DNA of 64,000 nucleotides from Adineta vaga (taxonomy: Eukaryota; Animalia; Rotifera). The stretch lies in assembly GCA_021613535.1 (NCBI GenBank), contig CP075493.1:1054001-1118000 (forward strand). The letters are read 5' to 3'. The translations under genes and the position numbers were made by a program. Positions 26,103 through 44,671 of the stretch are shown here, piece by piece. The first letter of the stretch is position 1. Every line of letters starts with the position of its first letter. The notes below the pieces were generated by a model that saw nothing but the letters and a program-made list of their open reading frames with translations, was not told where the DNA came from and ran no database searches.

Positions 26103-27227
26103 ATGGCATGCAGTGTTCGACTACGTCACACAGCATCAAGTGCTCTTGGTTATTTTTGCATAGCCATCTTTTTTCTATTGACAACTCATATCGTCTTTAT
26201 TTATTATACAATAATCATACCAAATGCACTGAAAACACAGAATTATAAATCATTTTTCTTTCATTTAACATTTGGACAATGGATAGCAATGAATATTTAT
26301 TTTAATTATATTATGGCTTGGTGGTCATCACCTGGTCTAGCTCAAGATTATCAACATTTAGCAAGTCAATATTCTGTATGTAAGAAATGTTCAATGCATA
26401 AACCACCTCGAACTCATCATTGTCGTTGGTGTAATTTATGTGTATTGAAATTTGATCATCATTGTCCATGTAAACAATGAATTTTTAAAATGATTTGAAT
26501 AAATTTGTTTAATATTTTTGAATAGGGTTAAATAATTGTGTTGGTTTTTATAATCATCGATATTTCTTTCAATTTTGTTGTTTTATGGCAATTGGATGTT
26601 TCTATGCTGGAACGATGGGTTATCGTGAATATCAATTTGCTGTATTTGGAGAACAATTGTACGTTATTACATATTCATATTTGACAAGTTTAATATTTGT
26701 TTTTGTTTAGATTTTCTTATCAAGATTCATTTTTGCGACCTTTTGCTATTATAAATGCACTTGAAACAATAGATTTTATTACATATTTTGTATTTATTGC
26801 GGCATTTACAACTAGTTTTCTACTAATTATTCTTATATATCGACATGTACGAACGATTAGTCGTGGTATAACATCAGTCGAACGTTTACTTCATAAAGAT
26901 TATGCTCGACAATGTATTGAACATGATCATATGTTTATTAATCCTTACGATTTTGGTTTATTAGAAAATTGGAAACGATTTTTCAATGTTCGTACAATCG
27001 GTGAATTTATTCGATGTGTTCTTTTACCTAATATATATCAACCAAAAGGAAATGGAATAATTTGGCCTGACTGTGATGCTCAAACTTATTTGAAATCAAA
27101 TCGATTTGCTTCAAGATCATCAATGCAGTCTCCTTCTTTTCCTCCCGAAGCTTATATGTATGTTGCTGCTACATATCCAACTCATAAATATCAAACTCCC
27201 GTGCTTTCACGAAAGAAAATACAATAA
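26103..27227 (+). CDS. DHHC palmitoyltransferase (ZDHHC16-like), 3 exons
   Basis: [28 protein letters not shown]|[14 protein letters not shown]. Exons 26103-26469, 26526-26658 and 26711-27227. Also TSVE and NPYDFG..ENW motifs. Confidence 0.92.
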
Positions 27228-27490
27228 ATTAAACAATAATGATAAACTGAATAGGCCATCCGAAGATTCGATGAAATTTGGAGAGAATTATTTCGAAAAA
27301 TATTTATATACATTTTGCAATGATTGAAATACACAAGTAGTACAAATCTCATATGAATAGGAGCGGATTTGTCAAATAAGTAGTTCTAGAAATTGTAAAT
27401 GAATTGAACATTAATCTTCAAAGAAAAAGAAAAAAAAATATTCTATTCAGGTGTAAAATATCTTTATTTGTAATTTCAAATAGATAAAAA

Positions 27491-28377
27491 TCATGTTACA
27501 TGAGAAGAATCATTATTTATACTATTAAAATCAGGAGAAAGATCGAGAAGTTCATCTAATACAAGATGTACAACACCAACTTGTTCACCTGGATGTTTCG
27601 TTTGTCGTTTATCTTTTTCTTGATATGTACGTAAAAATTGTAAAAAACTAAAACAACGATTTGGATCAAATAATCTTGCAGTTAATGGCATATGTTCACG
27701 ATCAGCTGCCCAAACATGAATATTAACATTATGTGCTTTCCATAAACTATTAATTAATGCTTCTTGATTTATATTTTCATTACGAACATAAACCATATCA
27801 ATATCACCAGGATAAATTGTTGATGAAATAAAACTTCCACCAATAATTATTTCACGAACACCAGCATCACGTAATTCATGAAGTGTAACATCAAGATGTT
27901 CAATTAATGTTATTCGATATGAATTTGTTGCAAAACGAGTAATTAATTCATTAAATGTTGTATGATAAATACCAGGTGGAAGACGACCAGATTGATTTAA
28001 ATCTGGTATTCCTTCTTGTCGATCACGAATAAGTTCTTCACGAACTGATTGACTAATTGGAGTTGAAAGCCAAGCATTACTTCGTTCAGTTAATGAAGGA
28101 GCAATAAAAGCACTAAAAGCATGTGTCCATTCTGTTCCTTTGAACGTTTGTTCAGCATGAGGACCTTTTGATAGATTTAAATCCCAAAGAGCAGCAAGAA
28201 ATTCATCTTCATAACCGGATAAATTTGGAATTAAATCATAAATGCTGATTGAATCTAAATATATTTACATTGATTAAATAAATGAAAAAAGATTTCCTCG
28301 AACTTATTACTCGACGATTTCATTTGATCTTGTTTTTCAATATCAATTGTTTGATTATTAGAGAAGGAATTGGACAT
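27491..28377 (-). CDS. Bacterial-type Pol-beta-superfamily nucleotidyltransferase (DUF6932-like), copy A, 2 exons
   Basis: Exon 1 28377-28311, 56-nt intron 28310-28255, exon 2 28254-27491. Reads GIPDLNQSGRLPPGIYHTTFNELITRF...LRDAGVREIIIGGSFISSTIYPGDIDMV...SFLQFL...VGVVHL. Confidence 0.8.
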
Positions 28378-28524
28378 TATTTTTTACTAAATCAAATGTT
28401 AAAGGTCAATATGATCGAAGATATTTTGAAAATGAAAAAGAAAATTTCGTTCGACATTAAGTGAGACAATTGAGAATGACCGTTACAGTAGACTGAGTTT
28501 GTTCTTTTCTCTTTCTCTTCATCA
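27575..28524. repeat. Arm A of a ~0.95-kb inverted duplication (partner 44672-45620)
   Basis: The reverse complement matches from 44672 onward. An identical 60-aa shadow ORF appears at 28282..28464(+) and 44732..44914(-). Confidence 0.95.
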
Positions 28525-28727
28525 ATGAAACGAAAAAGAAAATCGACAAAGACATACATGAACATTCGATAATTGAACGACAATCACATCGTGACAGTGT
28601 ACATAAGAACAAGAGAATTATCTTCTATTCATATCAATTAATAAGATATGTTTTTTTTTATTTCTTATTTTACATATACATAACAATACGAAAGAAATTC
28701 AATAATAAATCGATTGAAAAAGTATTA

Positions 28728-29764
28728 TTAAGTTATTGGTACTACATGATTGACAGGTATATGTACCATTTGATTCCAATTCATCCTTAAGACTACATAA
28801 AGAAATTGTTGACGAAATCTTTTCGATACACATATATAAATATAAAATGGATTCTAAAATTCAATAAAAACAAAAGCAAAGATAGAAAAATATATTTTCA
28901 ATCAAATCAAATTAAACTAATACTTACTGATAAATGCATATAATAAAGAATAATAGTTATATTCGAACTAAATTGAAGATATGTTTGAACAATTGGATTA
29001 CTATTTATATCTTTGTTTAAGGAAAGAACACTTGTAATACCATAGGGAAAAAGAAGAAAGAAATTAACAGCAACTTGTACTAAAACCATGGCCGTTATTT
29101 GTTGATCAAATTGTCGTCGAACAATTGGTACAGTATAATAAGCTAATTGTCGAACATTACGATAAGCGAGTATTCCAAAAAGAACAGTTATACATATTGG
29201 TAGAAGTACTAAAAATATAAGTAAAACAGCATAAGTACGATATTGTAAATAGATTGAATTTGTTATAGAACAGGTAATTTTGTTTGTTGTAGGAGTTATA
29301 ACATGATCATAGAATAGAAAATAGGGAATTCCATGTAAAATCCAAATGAAAAAGAATGTGAGAGTTACACGTTGAACTATTTTAATAGTACATAATTGTC
29401 GTAAGCATTGATAACGACAAGTTGCACAATATTGATCAATAGTTGCTAAACAAAAACATGTCAATGAAAAAACTGTACAAAATTGAGAAAAGAAAAATCG
29501 AAATTTGCAATAGAATACAGAAAGATCAGTTCCATCACTTCCATATATACCGATCATAATACGTGATAATACAACAGTACATAATTGACCAATATTTAAA
29601 AAAGACATTATAATTAAATAGAATACACATGAACTTTGACGAAATGTTCGAAGAGAAATAAATATAATTGTATTAAATAATTCTCCTATCAAACCAGTAA
29701 TTAAAACAATAATACCACCATAGATAAGTATTTGTTTACCAATCAAATCCAATGATAATGACAT
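28728..29764 (-). CDS. Orphan rhodopsin-like GPCR, 2 exons
   Basis: ORF 28907..29764 plus intron 28927-28854. The last exon reads NPFYIYICVSKRFRQQ to a TAA at 28730-28728. ATIDQY motif. Confidence 0.88.
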
Positions 29765-30210
29765 GAAGATTTTCTAGAATCAACTTTCTCGTAAGCTGAA
29801 AATAACTGTTTGAAAGAAAAGTGCATTTTATATCACGAGATTCAACATAATCATTGTTATCGATGGATAATCACATTTCTTTATATTTGCGAAATTATGC
29901 GAGTGTTTTTTTATCATGTTTTTTTAAGAAACACAATACGAGTACAACTATTTTGAGCATAATTAATGATAAGGTGGAAATTTTTTTCCGTAAACATAAT
30001 ATATTATCAACAGCATTGATAAATGATAGGAATCATTCAACTTTATAAAAGAAAGGACATATAAACAAGAAATACAATAAGTCTTTTGACATAAAAATTG
30101 ATTATGAGATTAAGAAGTGACAAAATGCACAAAACAGCTTACAGTGAAACGGATTACGAACAATATAAACACTCGACGCACTGATACAATCTATTGAATA
30201 TTTGTTCATT

Positions 30211-31221
30211 TTATATCTGAGTTGTTCGTTGTTGTTGTTGCCTTCCTGCGGTTAACGTTAGTATAGCGGATTTTTGTTGATGACTTTGATTATTCTTCGG
30301 TATTTTTCGAATTGATTTTAGTAGAAATTGTTTAACTTCATTTCGATATGCTTTTGATGTCATTAGATGAATGTAGAATGTCGTATTATAATTTAAATAC
30401 AAAAGTAATGACATAGTGATGAAATTAATAAATGATTCGATCTGTTTTTGTTCAGCACTTTTACTTGAAGCCATATTTGATGTCACTTGCGAATAAATAG
30501 TCACTGGTGGATAGGCTAATGTACAAATGATATAGACAATTATTTCGATTAGAACAAGTTTTATAAAGGAAATATCTCGTCTATTCAAACGATTAGAAGT
30601 ATTAACTGATTGAATTTGTACATGTAAATGATTCAAATTTTTTACAAGTAATATACCGAATGAAAGCATTAAGACAATCGGTATAAAACCAGTAAATATT
30701 GCAATATAAAATCCAAAAATCTGTCCATAGATTCCATAAACACCACATCGTCCATTTTCAATACTTTCCCATATAAGTAAATGAACAGAAGCTACACACC
30801 AGAATAATGTAACAATTCCAATTGAACGATAGGCAATCTGTGGTCGACTTAAAGCCCGAATGTGTACACGTCGATTACATAATACATATCGATCAATACA
30901 TAGAAGTACAAGTGTATAACGAAAAGACATTGAACAAGTATGAATAATATATCCACGAATACGACATAGAATTAATGAATTACTAACCATATCAAAATGA
31001 TCTAATGCATAAACAGTTGGAACAATTGCCCAATTTGAACCCATTAATGAAAAATAAGATATTGCAATAAGATAGATCGAACAGGAACTCGTTCGATTTC
31101 TTTTTTGTGCTTGAATTATAATAGTAAGTATATTACCAAGATTACCTAATGTTAAAATAATCGGTAATGCATAACGAGTAATCATTTTTTGTAGAAGAAC
31201 GAGGGTAGTAATTGTTGACAT
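30211..31221 (-). CDS. Orphan rhodopsin-like GPCR
   Basis: ATG at 31221, GNLGN, LCIDRY, FYIHLMTSKAYR and 7 TM segments. Confidence 0.88.
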   Translation of the reverse strand: MSTITTLVLLQKMITRYALPIILTLGNLGNILTIIIQAQKRNRTSSCSIYLIAISYFSLMGSNWAIVPTVYALDHFDMVSNSLILCRIRGYIIHTCSMSFRYTLVLLCIDRYVLCNRRVHIRALSRPQIAYRSIGIVTLFWCVASVHLLIWESIENGRCGVYGIYGQIFGFYIAIFTGFIPIVLMLSFGILLVKNLNHLHVQIQSVNTSNRLNRRDISFIKLVLIEIIVYIICTLAYPPVTIYSQVTSNMASSKSAEQKQIESFINFITMSLLLYLNYNTTFYIHLMTSKAYRNEVKQFLLKSIRKIPKNNQSHQQKSAILTLTAGRQQQQRTTQI

Positions 31222-32115
31222 GATATACTCTACGAATAGGTAGATTAACAAGAAGAATGAGAGATGTAGTTAAAGATCGTAAAAATAAGTTTAGAAAATA
31301 TAGGAAACTATTGGAGAATTTGCAATGATTTTATGAATTACGATATATTTTGAATATTTTAATTCTTTGAACTATGTCAGATTATGAAATGAGAAGATTA
31401 ACTTTTTGAAAACCTTTTTAATACTTTTTTCATGAAAACTAATATCTACCCATGCTCGAAGCATCTTCTTATTGATTCTAAACTACGTCATTCATTTTCA
31501 TATAAAAATACCTTGATGAAATTGCGACATATTTTTTCACCGATATCTTCATCAATAATGATGGTAAAAGGGTATTTTAAGTAAAGATTATGTACGTCAT
31601 CAAAGAAAAAAATAAGATAGATGCATTAATGGAATTGAATGTGCGTTATACCTATTCAGTACGATTCATACATCCAAAGTTATCTTTGCTGAAAGGTTTA
31701 ATTAAATCTCGACAAAGAACAATCTATTGAACTTACGTTTTCCGCTTTTACTCTGTTAATTAAAAAAAACGCTATTCAGACGTCGCACAAATGAGTATAT
31801 TTTTCATAAAAAACTAAAATAATGTAGTTTGTCTAGGTCGAACGGCTCGAGTACAAAGTTAATTGTTTTTCGAGAAATATTGTTAATAGATACTACGTAT
31901 ATTACTTGGGGCATGGCCTATTAACATAGAGCGATTATCAACATCTACACTCATACACTAGATTAATCGGTTTACGAGTGATCTCTTTGCTAACCATACA
32001 ATCAGCACAAAATTCTGTTTGATCATTTTTATTTTTTTTTAAAAATACATTCACTGAAAAAAGTATTTATGTGTATTTAATTGTTGTAAATTTGAAGAAA
32101 TTTCAATCAATTCTA

Positions 32116-32489
32116 TTAATAATATCCTCTATGTCCATGTCCATGTCCATGCCCATGTCCATATGGCATTCCTCCTCCGAATCCGCTTTGCATACCACCC
32201 CCATATCCGCTTTGCATGCCACCACCATATCCTTGTTGCATGCCTCCCCCGAATCCATTTTGCATGCCACCCATAAATCCATTTTGCATGCCTCCATTTG
32301 GATTTCCACCGATCATGTTATCAAGCATCATACCCATAGGACCTTAAATTAATAGAAATAAAATCTCGAAAAGAAAATTCTCCTTAATAACTTACTATGT
32401 AATCCTCCTGGAACGAAACGATTAATAGCCCAATCTGAAGCAAATTCTGCTATTCCACCAGAAAATTGATTACCACCACCACCAAACAT
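32116..32489 (-). CDS. Small Gly/Met/Gln-rich repeat protein with a His-Gly tail, 2 exons
   Basis: Exon 1 32489-32396 (MFGGGGNQFSGGIAEFASDWAINRFVPGGLH), intron 32395-32343. Exon 2 has five GGMQ[NQS]G[FY][MG] 8-aa repeats and ends GHGHGHGHGHRGYY. Confidence 0.8.
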
Positions 32490-33380
32490 TTTTGTTGAAT
32501 AGAATAATTTTATAAGAAATGAATAAATGACATGAAAACGTCGATCGTATTTATATGGTCATTTTGATTTAATATTGTTCGATAAATAAAAAAAACCATT
32601 AAATTATTTCCTAATAGAAAACAGTGACGCTCGTATTTTGTTTTTCTACGTCATATCAATCAAGGCATGACATGAATCAATAAAATCATTGTAATTTATT
32701 GCATCATTTAAAAAACATGACATAAACATATTTTTTTCCTTCTTATATTTATTTATTAATTACAAAATAAGAAATTTCTTCCTACAAATTTGTTTTACAT
32801 TATAAAATAAATTACCCACACTTGCTCTATTTTCTCTATCATTATAAATAAACCATAAATTGGTATTCCGTGTTACTTGACAAATTTTTACGTGAAAAAG
32901 TAAAATACTTTTAGTAGTTTAATGACTTGTCTCACTCTCAAATCGACAATTTATCATTACTGAATCAGTTTATAGTTTAAGAAAATGAATCGCATGTAAC
33001 ACAATGAATTACTTTATATTCTAACTGAAATTTAATCATTCTATCAATCGTTATAGACAACTATCAAAATCGAGGTTTGAGAATTGCTATTGAAATGACC
33101 ATATGCCTAACACGAATTATCATTTGTCGTGAATGATGTTGCTAATCTCCTTTCAATGTTACCATTCGAGATTTTCATAAATCTTGAGGGTGTGGATGTG
33201 AGTGTCTCTTGGTGTATTCAGACCCACACCCTCATCAATATTAGCATAGGAAACTTAGTCTTATACATGGGATCATATTCCTCGTTCAACATTCTCTCTC
33301 TCAATAAAAGTGAAAAAAAACTTCGATTTTTTGTAGTAATTGTACACACTTACACCCACACTTTCTTATACTGATTTATT

Positions 33381-33800
33381 CTATGAAGGACGAAGTAAAT
33401 ATGTTCGTATTGCAGTAATCAAATAATAATGATTAGGAGAAAGTTCAACAAAAGCAATGTGATATGGACGTTTCCAATAGATGGTTGTTGGACGTCGATC
33501 GATTGGAACTATTTTAAAGATAAGACCACTTTCGGGTGGAGCATTTTTTCTTACTTCAATAAAATGTATTCGCATCGATTGTGGTAAAATAATATCTTTA
33601 TCAAAAGATGAAATCATCTTATTTTCATAGAATTCACATCGTTCTCCAGTAAAGCCTTGCTTACAAATGCATTCAAATGTTCTATTAGATGCAACATTTT
33701 CATTGATAGGTACGCATTGACCATTATTTTGACAAATGCTACCAGACTGACATATATGATCACAGAGCAAACAACGAGAACCCCATCGATCGTACTTTGG
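33381..33800 (-). pseudogene. Isolated EGF-containing fragment of the LDLa/EGF receptor family
   Basis: CQNNGQCVP...CICKQGFTGERCE followed by IHFIEV..., with no start or terminal exons. Confidence 0.6.
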
Positions 33801-34066
33801 CTGTCGATACTCAGTGTGATGGTATTATGACATCAGTGCTTTAAATTACAGATATACAATACTGTAGTTTTCCTTGAATGAATGTTTTACAAATATAATG
33901 ATACCGACCAACTTGAGAAATTATCGCTTATTCAAGCAACATATGTCGAAAGAAAGGATTGAATTTTTATCTTTCACCTTATCACATAGGATGTCAAAGT
34001 GGAGATATTCTGTTTCTCTACTAGATAAATTAAACTCATGTGCACATAGAAGAAATATTTCATATT

Positions 34067-35293
34067 ATGCAACGAAAAACTTGTCTATGTATCTTTTATT
34101 ACATTCTTTTTATTGTTTATTCGCAATTCTTTTCAAATGTTGGTCAAGTATTCGAAAATCATGATGAGGATTTTATTGAATTAACTCCCGAGCGAATCGA
34201 TTATTTTCGTAAAATACAATCGGAAGATATATTCAAATTGAAGAATGGTAAAGAAATCGAACGAGGATGCGTTCAATCCTGTTGTTGGTCAAAGCGGAAA
34301 CAAATGAAATTCTATTCCGGAGAAGAAAAAGATCGTTTACCAACATATTTCGATCGTTTAAGTTCGATTGATATGAAATTATTAGCTGATTTACATTATG
34401 GAAATTTAACAATTCCAAATGAAATTTCTTTAGAAAAATTAACAACAAATATTTTACCATGTTTACAAAATTCGACAATTATTTTTGTTGATACAACGAA
34501 TTTAAAAGATTTCTTTGATAAATTTCATCAAGAAATTCTTATTAATTATATTTTAATTACAGGTGATTCAGATCTTTCAGCTCCTTTACATTTAATTTCT
34601 TCACATTATCATTTACTTGATGATATTTTTCAAGGTAAAACTCGAATTATTCATTGGTTTGCAATGAATTGTGATTTTGGAAATGAATCTAAATGGATCA
34701 AATCAAATATTTTCTCTTGTATTCCACAAGGAATTAGTCAATGGAATAATCAACGTTATCGAATGCAATTAATTAGTAAAAAAACGAATATTATATCTCA
34801 AACACAAATGAAAACAAATGATTATTGGATATTTACATCATTTCAAATTGTTGGTAGATTTCAATATCGAAAATATCGTCAACCCTTATGGTATTTATCA
34901 TGTTATGGTCGATTAAAATCTCTTTCCAAATGTTTTTATGGGACAAAATCGAAAGATCAATTAGAATATTATAAAAATCTTCGTCAAAGTAAATTTGTAT
35001 TTTCACCACCGGGTGTTGGAATGGATTGTTATCGAACATGGGAAATACTTTATCTTGGTTCAATACCAATTGTTTTAAATTCGACACTTAATTCAATTTA
35101 TGAACAACTTCCGATTTTAATTGTTAACAATTTTGAAGAAATTCAAGAGGAATTTTTGAAAAATATTTATAAGAAAATGATTAAACAAACATTTGATTAT
35201 CGACGATTGTATAAAGGTTATTGGCAAAATCGAATTCATTCGTATAAAAATTCATCGGAATTTATTCAATTTCATTATACAATCAATAAATAA
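34067..35293 (+). CDS. Exostosin/GT47-like glycosyltransferase, type II membrane, intronless
   Basis: N-terminal TM, YILITGDSD, and SKFVFSPPGVGMDCYRTWEILYLGSIPIV (the SPxGxGxDCxRxWEAL motif). Confidence 0.8.
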   Translation: MQRKTCLCIFYYILFIVYSQFFSNVGQVFENHDEDFIELTPERIDYFRKIQSEDIFKLKNGKEIERGCVQSCCWSKRKQMKFYSGEEKDRLPTYFDRLSSIDMKLLADLHYGNLTIPNEISLEKLTTNILPCLQNSTIIFVDTTNLKDFFDKFHQEILINYILITGDSDLSAPLHLISSHYHLLDDIFQGKTRIIHWFAMNCDFGNESKWIKSNIFSCIPQGISQWNNQRYRMQLISKKTNIISQTQMKTNDYWIFTSFQIVGRFQYRKYRQPLWYLSCYGRLKSLSKCFYGTKSKDQLEYYKNLRQSKFVFSPPGVGMDCYRTWEILYLGSIPIVLNSTLNSIYEQLPILIVNNFEEIQEEFLKNIYKKMIKQTFDYRRLYKGYWQNRIHSYKNSSEFIQFHYTINK

Positions 35294-35774
35294 TGTTCTG
35301 TCTTAGAAATAAAAGGTACTGAATGTCTATTTTACTGTTAAAGCGAATTGGGATTATTCAGGAAATAATATAGGGAGTAATGGATCACATACATTTGCAA
35401 GTTGTTGTTCATGAATGTTTAAGTCATCCATTATGTGTTGCATTTACCTTTAATCTATATGATACGTGTTTTATTAAGAGTTCAACTGGAAATAGAGGAG
35501 GTAGATTTTTGAATTTCATTGGAGCAGCTCGTTAAAAATCGAATGATTGATGAAAAACTTTTATCATTGGCATAATCAAATTGTTTTTTAAGTATTTTTT
35601 TCGTTCTTGCATTTACTTCTTCATAAGATTGTTATTTTAAAGAACAGAACAGAGAAAAATAATTGTGCGTTTCATACACGTGTGAGTGAAAAAGGAAGTG
35701 TTTGTTTGAAAATTACTTTTCTATTCATATATTCATTGCAAAAAACATACAATCACGAAATTGATAACACGTCA

Positions 35775-38112
35775 ATGGCAGACACATCTTTTCTCATTCT
35801 ATCCACCGAACTTCATTATCATATATTTGACTATCTCGATATCAATACTATTCTACGTTCAATTCGATGTGTTTGTACACGATTCTATGCAATGGTTAAC
35901 AATTACCATCGATTTAAGCTTGATTTGACATCAATCTCAGAAACCGATTTGGAACTCATTTCTCGTCTTGTCCCATCAAAACATATAGTTTCATTGACGT
36001 TGCGTAATAACATTCACAGTTCATTCGACATCGATCAATTTACACGACTTCAATCATTAACTCTCCGCGATATCAATGGCACTGATTTAGAACGAATTTT
36101 ACAACATATTTCTACTTGTTCTTTAATATCACTTTCAATCTATTTCGATAAAAAAGATTTGAAAAATAATACAATAATATCTCTTTTCTCATCGGTCATT
36201 GCTCTACCTACTCTTCGAAAATTACATGTTGAAGAAATTGATTACTTTATGGAGCACATATTATTTTCAATTCAAGTTGCTATAAAACATCTAACAATTG
36301 ATACATGTACCAATACACAATATTGTACTATGCTTCACTATTGGACTTCTTTACAAACATTAATAATCAATAAATTTACTATGAATAGTACAGGCAGTAT
36401 GATTTTACCATCATCTTCTTCTTCAACATGTTATTCACAATTGATTTCTTTGAGCATCAATGATTGTGAATTATCAATGCAGAATTTTGAAATTCTTTTT
36501 TCATTGACACCTTCACTAAACTACCTTAAGATAATTTCGACTTGTAGACCGATGTTTGACAATGTATTCTATGGTTCTTCTTGGGAAAAATTCATTCGAG
36601 TTAAACTTCATCAATTAAAACAATTCGAATTTCTATTCTGCTATTATTTAAGAAACTGTGATACTAATGATGAAGTCACTGATTGTCCGATTTTAATCTC
36701 TGAATTTCAATCCCCATTCTGGCTCAATGAAAAACATTGGTTTGTTACTTCTGACTTCGTTATAGAAAAACATCGATCTTTAATAAGACTTTATACCATG
36801 TCGATTGATATTTCCAATTTGGAATCATTAATTATATTTCGAACATCATCAACAGATAATACTCGTCACTTAACTATTCTATTAAATGATCGTACGAAAA
36901 GTTATACATCAAAACCATTAACTACACTCGATGTCAGCAGCTATCATATCTTAGACAGAGGAGCGAAACATCTGGCTATTGCTTTACAGAATAACAAAGT
37001 AATGATCATTTTTAGCCACATATAAATATACTTATTTTTCACACAGACGATTACTGAATTGTGTCTTCAAGGAAATCGACTCGATTCGTGGGACTTATCA
37101 CATTTAGCTCATTCATTAACATACAACACGGTAATTTTCTATCTTTATTTCATTGATCTATATGTTATTTCTATAGACACTTACTACGCTTCGACTTGGA
37201 GGAAATTTATCCGAAAAAGAGGGAACAAATTATCTAGCTGATGCACTACGAGAAAACAGAGTAATTTTTCTCTCTCACTCTCATATGCATCTTCATTTCT
37301 CTTACAGACACTTACCACACTCGAACTTGAAAATAATCGAATTTATGCATCAGGAGCACGATATTTGTCTGATGCATTACGAAAAAATACAGTTTGCTGT
37401 TCATTATATTTTCAATGGTCATCTATTTATCATCGGTTTTCATATAGACACTCACCACATTAGTACTCTCGGAAAATGTAATTAGTGATAAAGGTGCACA
37501 ATATTTAGCAACGGCATTACAAGACAATATGGTGACCATTATTTTCATTTAAACCTTTTCGTATACACATTCACTTTGTATCAGTAGACTCTTATCACTT
37601 TGGACCTTACGTACAATCAAATAACCGATGATGGGATTCAACATCTAGCAATGGCATTGCAACGTAACACGGTGAATTTCATTCCCTTTCGACTCTCTCA
37701 TATTTGTCTTCACTTTTGCACATATATAGACACTTACTACACTTGAACTTGGATCTAATAAAATCAAAGTTGCAGGAGCACAATATCTGGCTTGTGCATT
37801 ACAATCGAATAACGTGATTAGCAATATCTTCTCGTCTGTTATAGCTATATTTTCATGTTGTATACAGACACTTACAACACTTGACCTTGGATCTAATCAA
37901 ATTCGAAACGAAGGAGCACAACACTTAATTGATGTACTAGAAAATAATACAGTAGGGTTATTCTCTTTTGATTTTTTACATTTATATTTACTTTTTATAC
38001 ATAGTCACTGATTATTCTCAGTCTTGGTGATAATCAAATAAATACAGTTATGATAGTACATATAGCTGGTTTACTTCGAAGAAATAAACAACTATTATGT
38101 TCCAAAATCTAA
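35775..38112 (+). CDS. F-box protein with C-terminal RNI-like LRRs, 9 exons
   Basis: F-box LSTELHYHIFDYLD. Exon 1 35775-36998. Seven 84-nt phase-0 exons start at 37047, 37177, 37308, 37448, 37588, 37730 and 37868, each TLTTLxLxxNxIxxxGAxxLAxALxxN. Last exon 38005-38112. Confidence 0.88.
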
Positions 38113-38654
38113 TATGTATGATCATCAATGATTTACTAAAGAGAAATCGGACATTGTTACTCATTTGTCTAAATAAATTACTATTATTAAAATCACTAAC
38201 ATAGTTCTATAATCTACATGATGAGTGGGTGTGAGGAATAGATAGATCACTTACGCGCACCCTTATTTCAAAACAATAGAATCTGAAAAAGAAGCATGTG
38301 GTGTGAATCAAAGTAAAGTGACACTCGACACTCTCGAAAATGAACCGATACATCTTGATAACATTTAAAGAAACAATGTTTATCTTTATTTATGTTTGTT
38401 AAGAGAAAGATAAAAATAAAAAATATGAACGAACATCTGTTGTTTGATTGACGCTTTCTTTCTGATCGAATATTTTCATGATGATTGTATATACAGATGA
38501 ACTGATATGTTTTTCCTCTTTCTTCTCGTCCATTTCATCTCTATATCTATTCTATTTTTGAACGCATTCTATTCGTTTAATTACAAACAATGATATTCTT
38601 TCCTTTTCATTAACAAAATTTCTCTTCAAGACATTTGATTTAGAAGAGGAAAAA

Positions 38655-44506
<5,852 letters not shown>

Positions 44507-44671
44507 AATAAATCATTTCTTTGTCATTTGTTTCTTTTCAAATAAAAAAAACATAGAATTTGGAAAGATAACATTTCATTCGTACGATCCTTTAACAAAG
44601 AAATGTTAGATTGTAATCTGTGAATTCAACGTTATGTTCACACCCATTGGTCACACCCACATCCTTATACG

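Noticed and set aside
28282-28464. Identical 60-aa ORF here and at 44732..44914, considered as a possible antitoxin
   Set aside because: It is antisense to exon 1, the intron and the upstream region of the NTase gene. Its identity is explained by the duplication and it has no recognisable motif.
32071-32352. Plus-strand LHA-repeat ORF and the alternative-frame ACKMD ORF
   Set aside because: These are shadows of the 24-nt repeats of the spliced Gly-rich gene.
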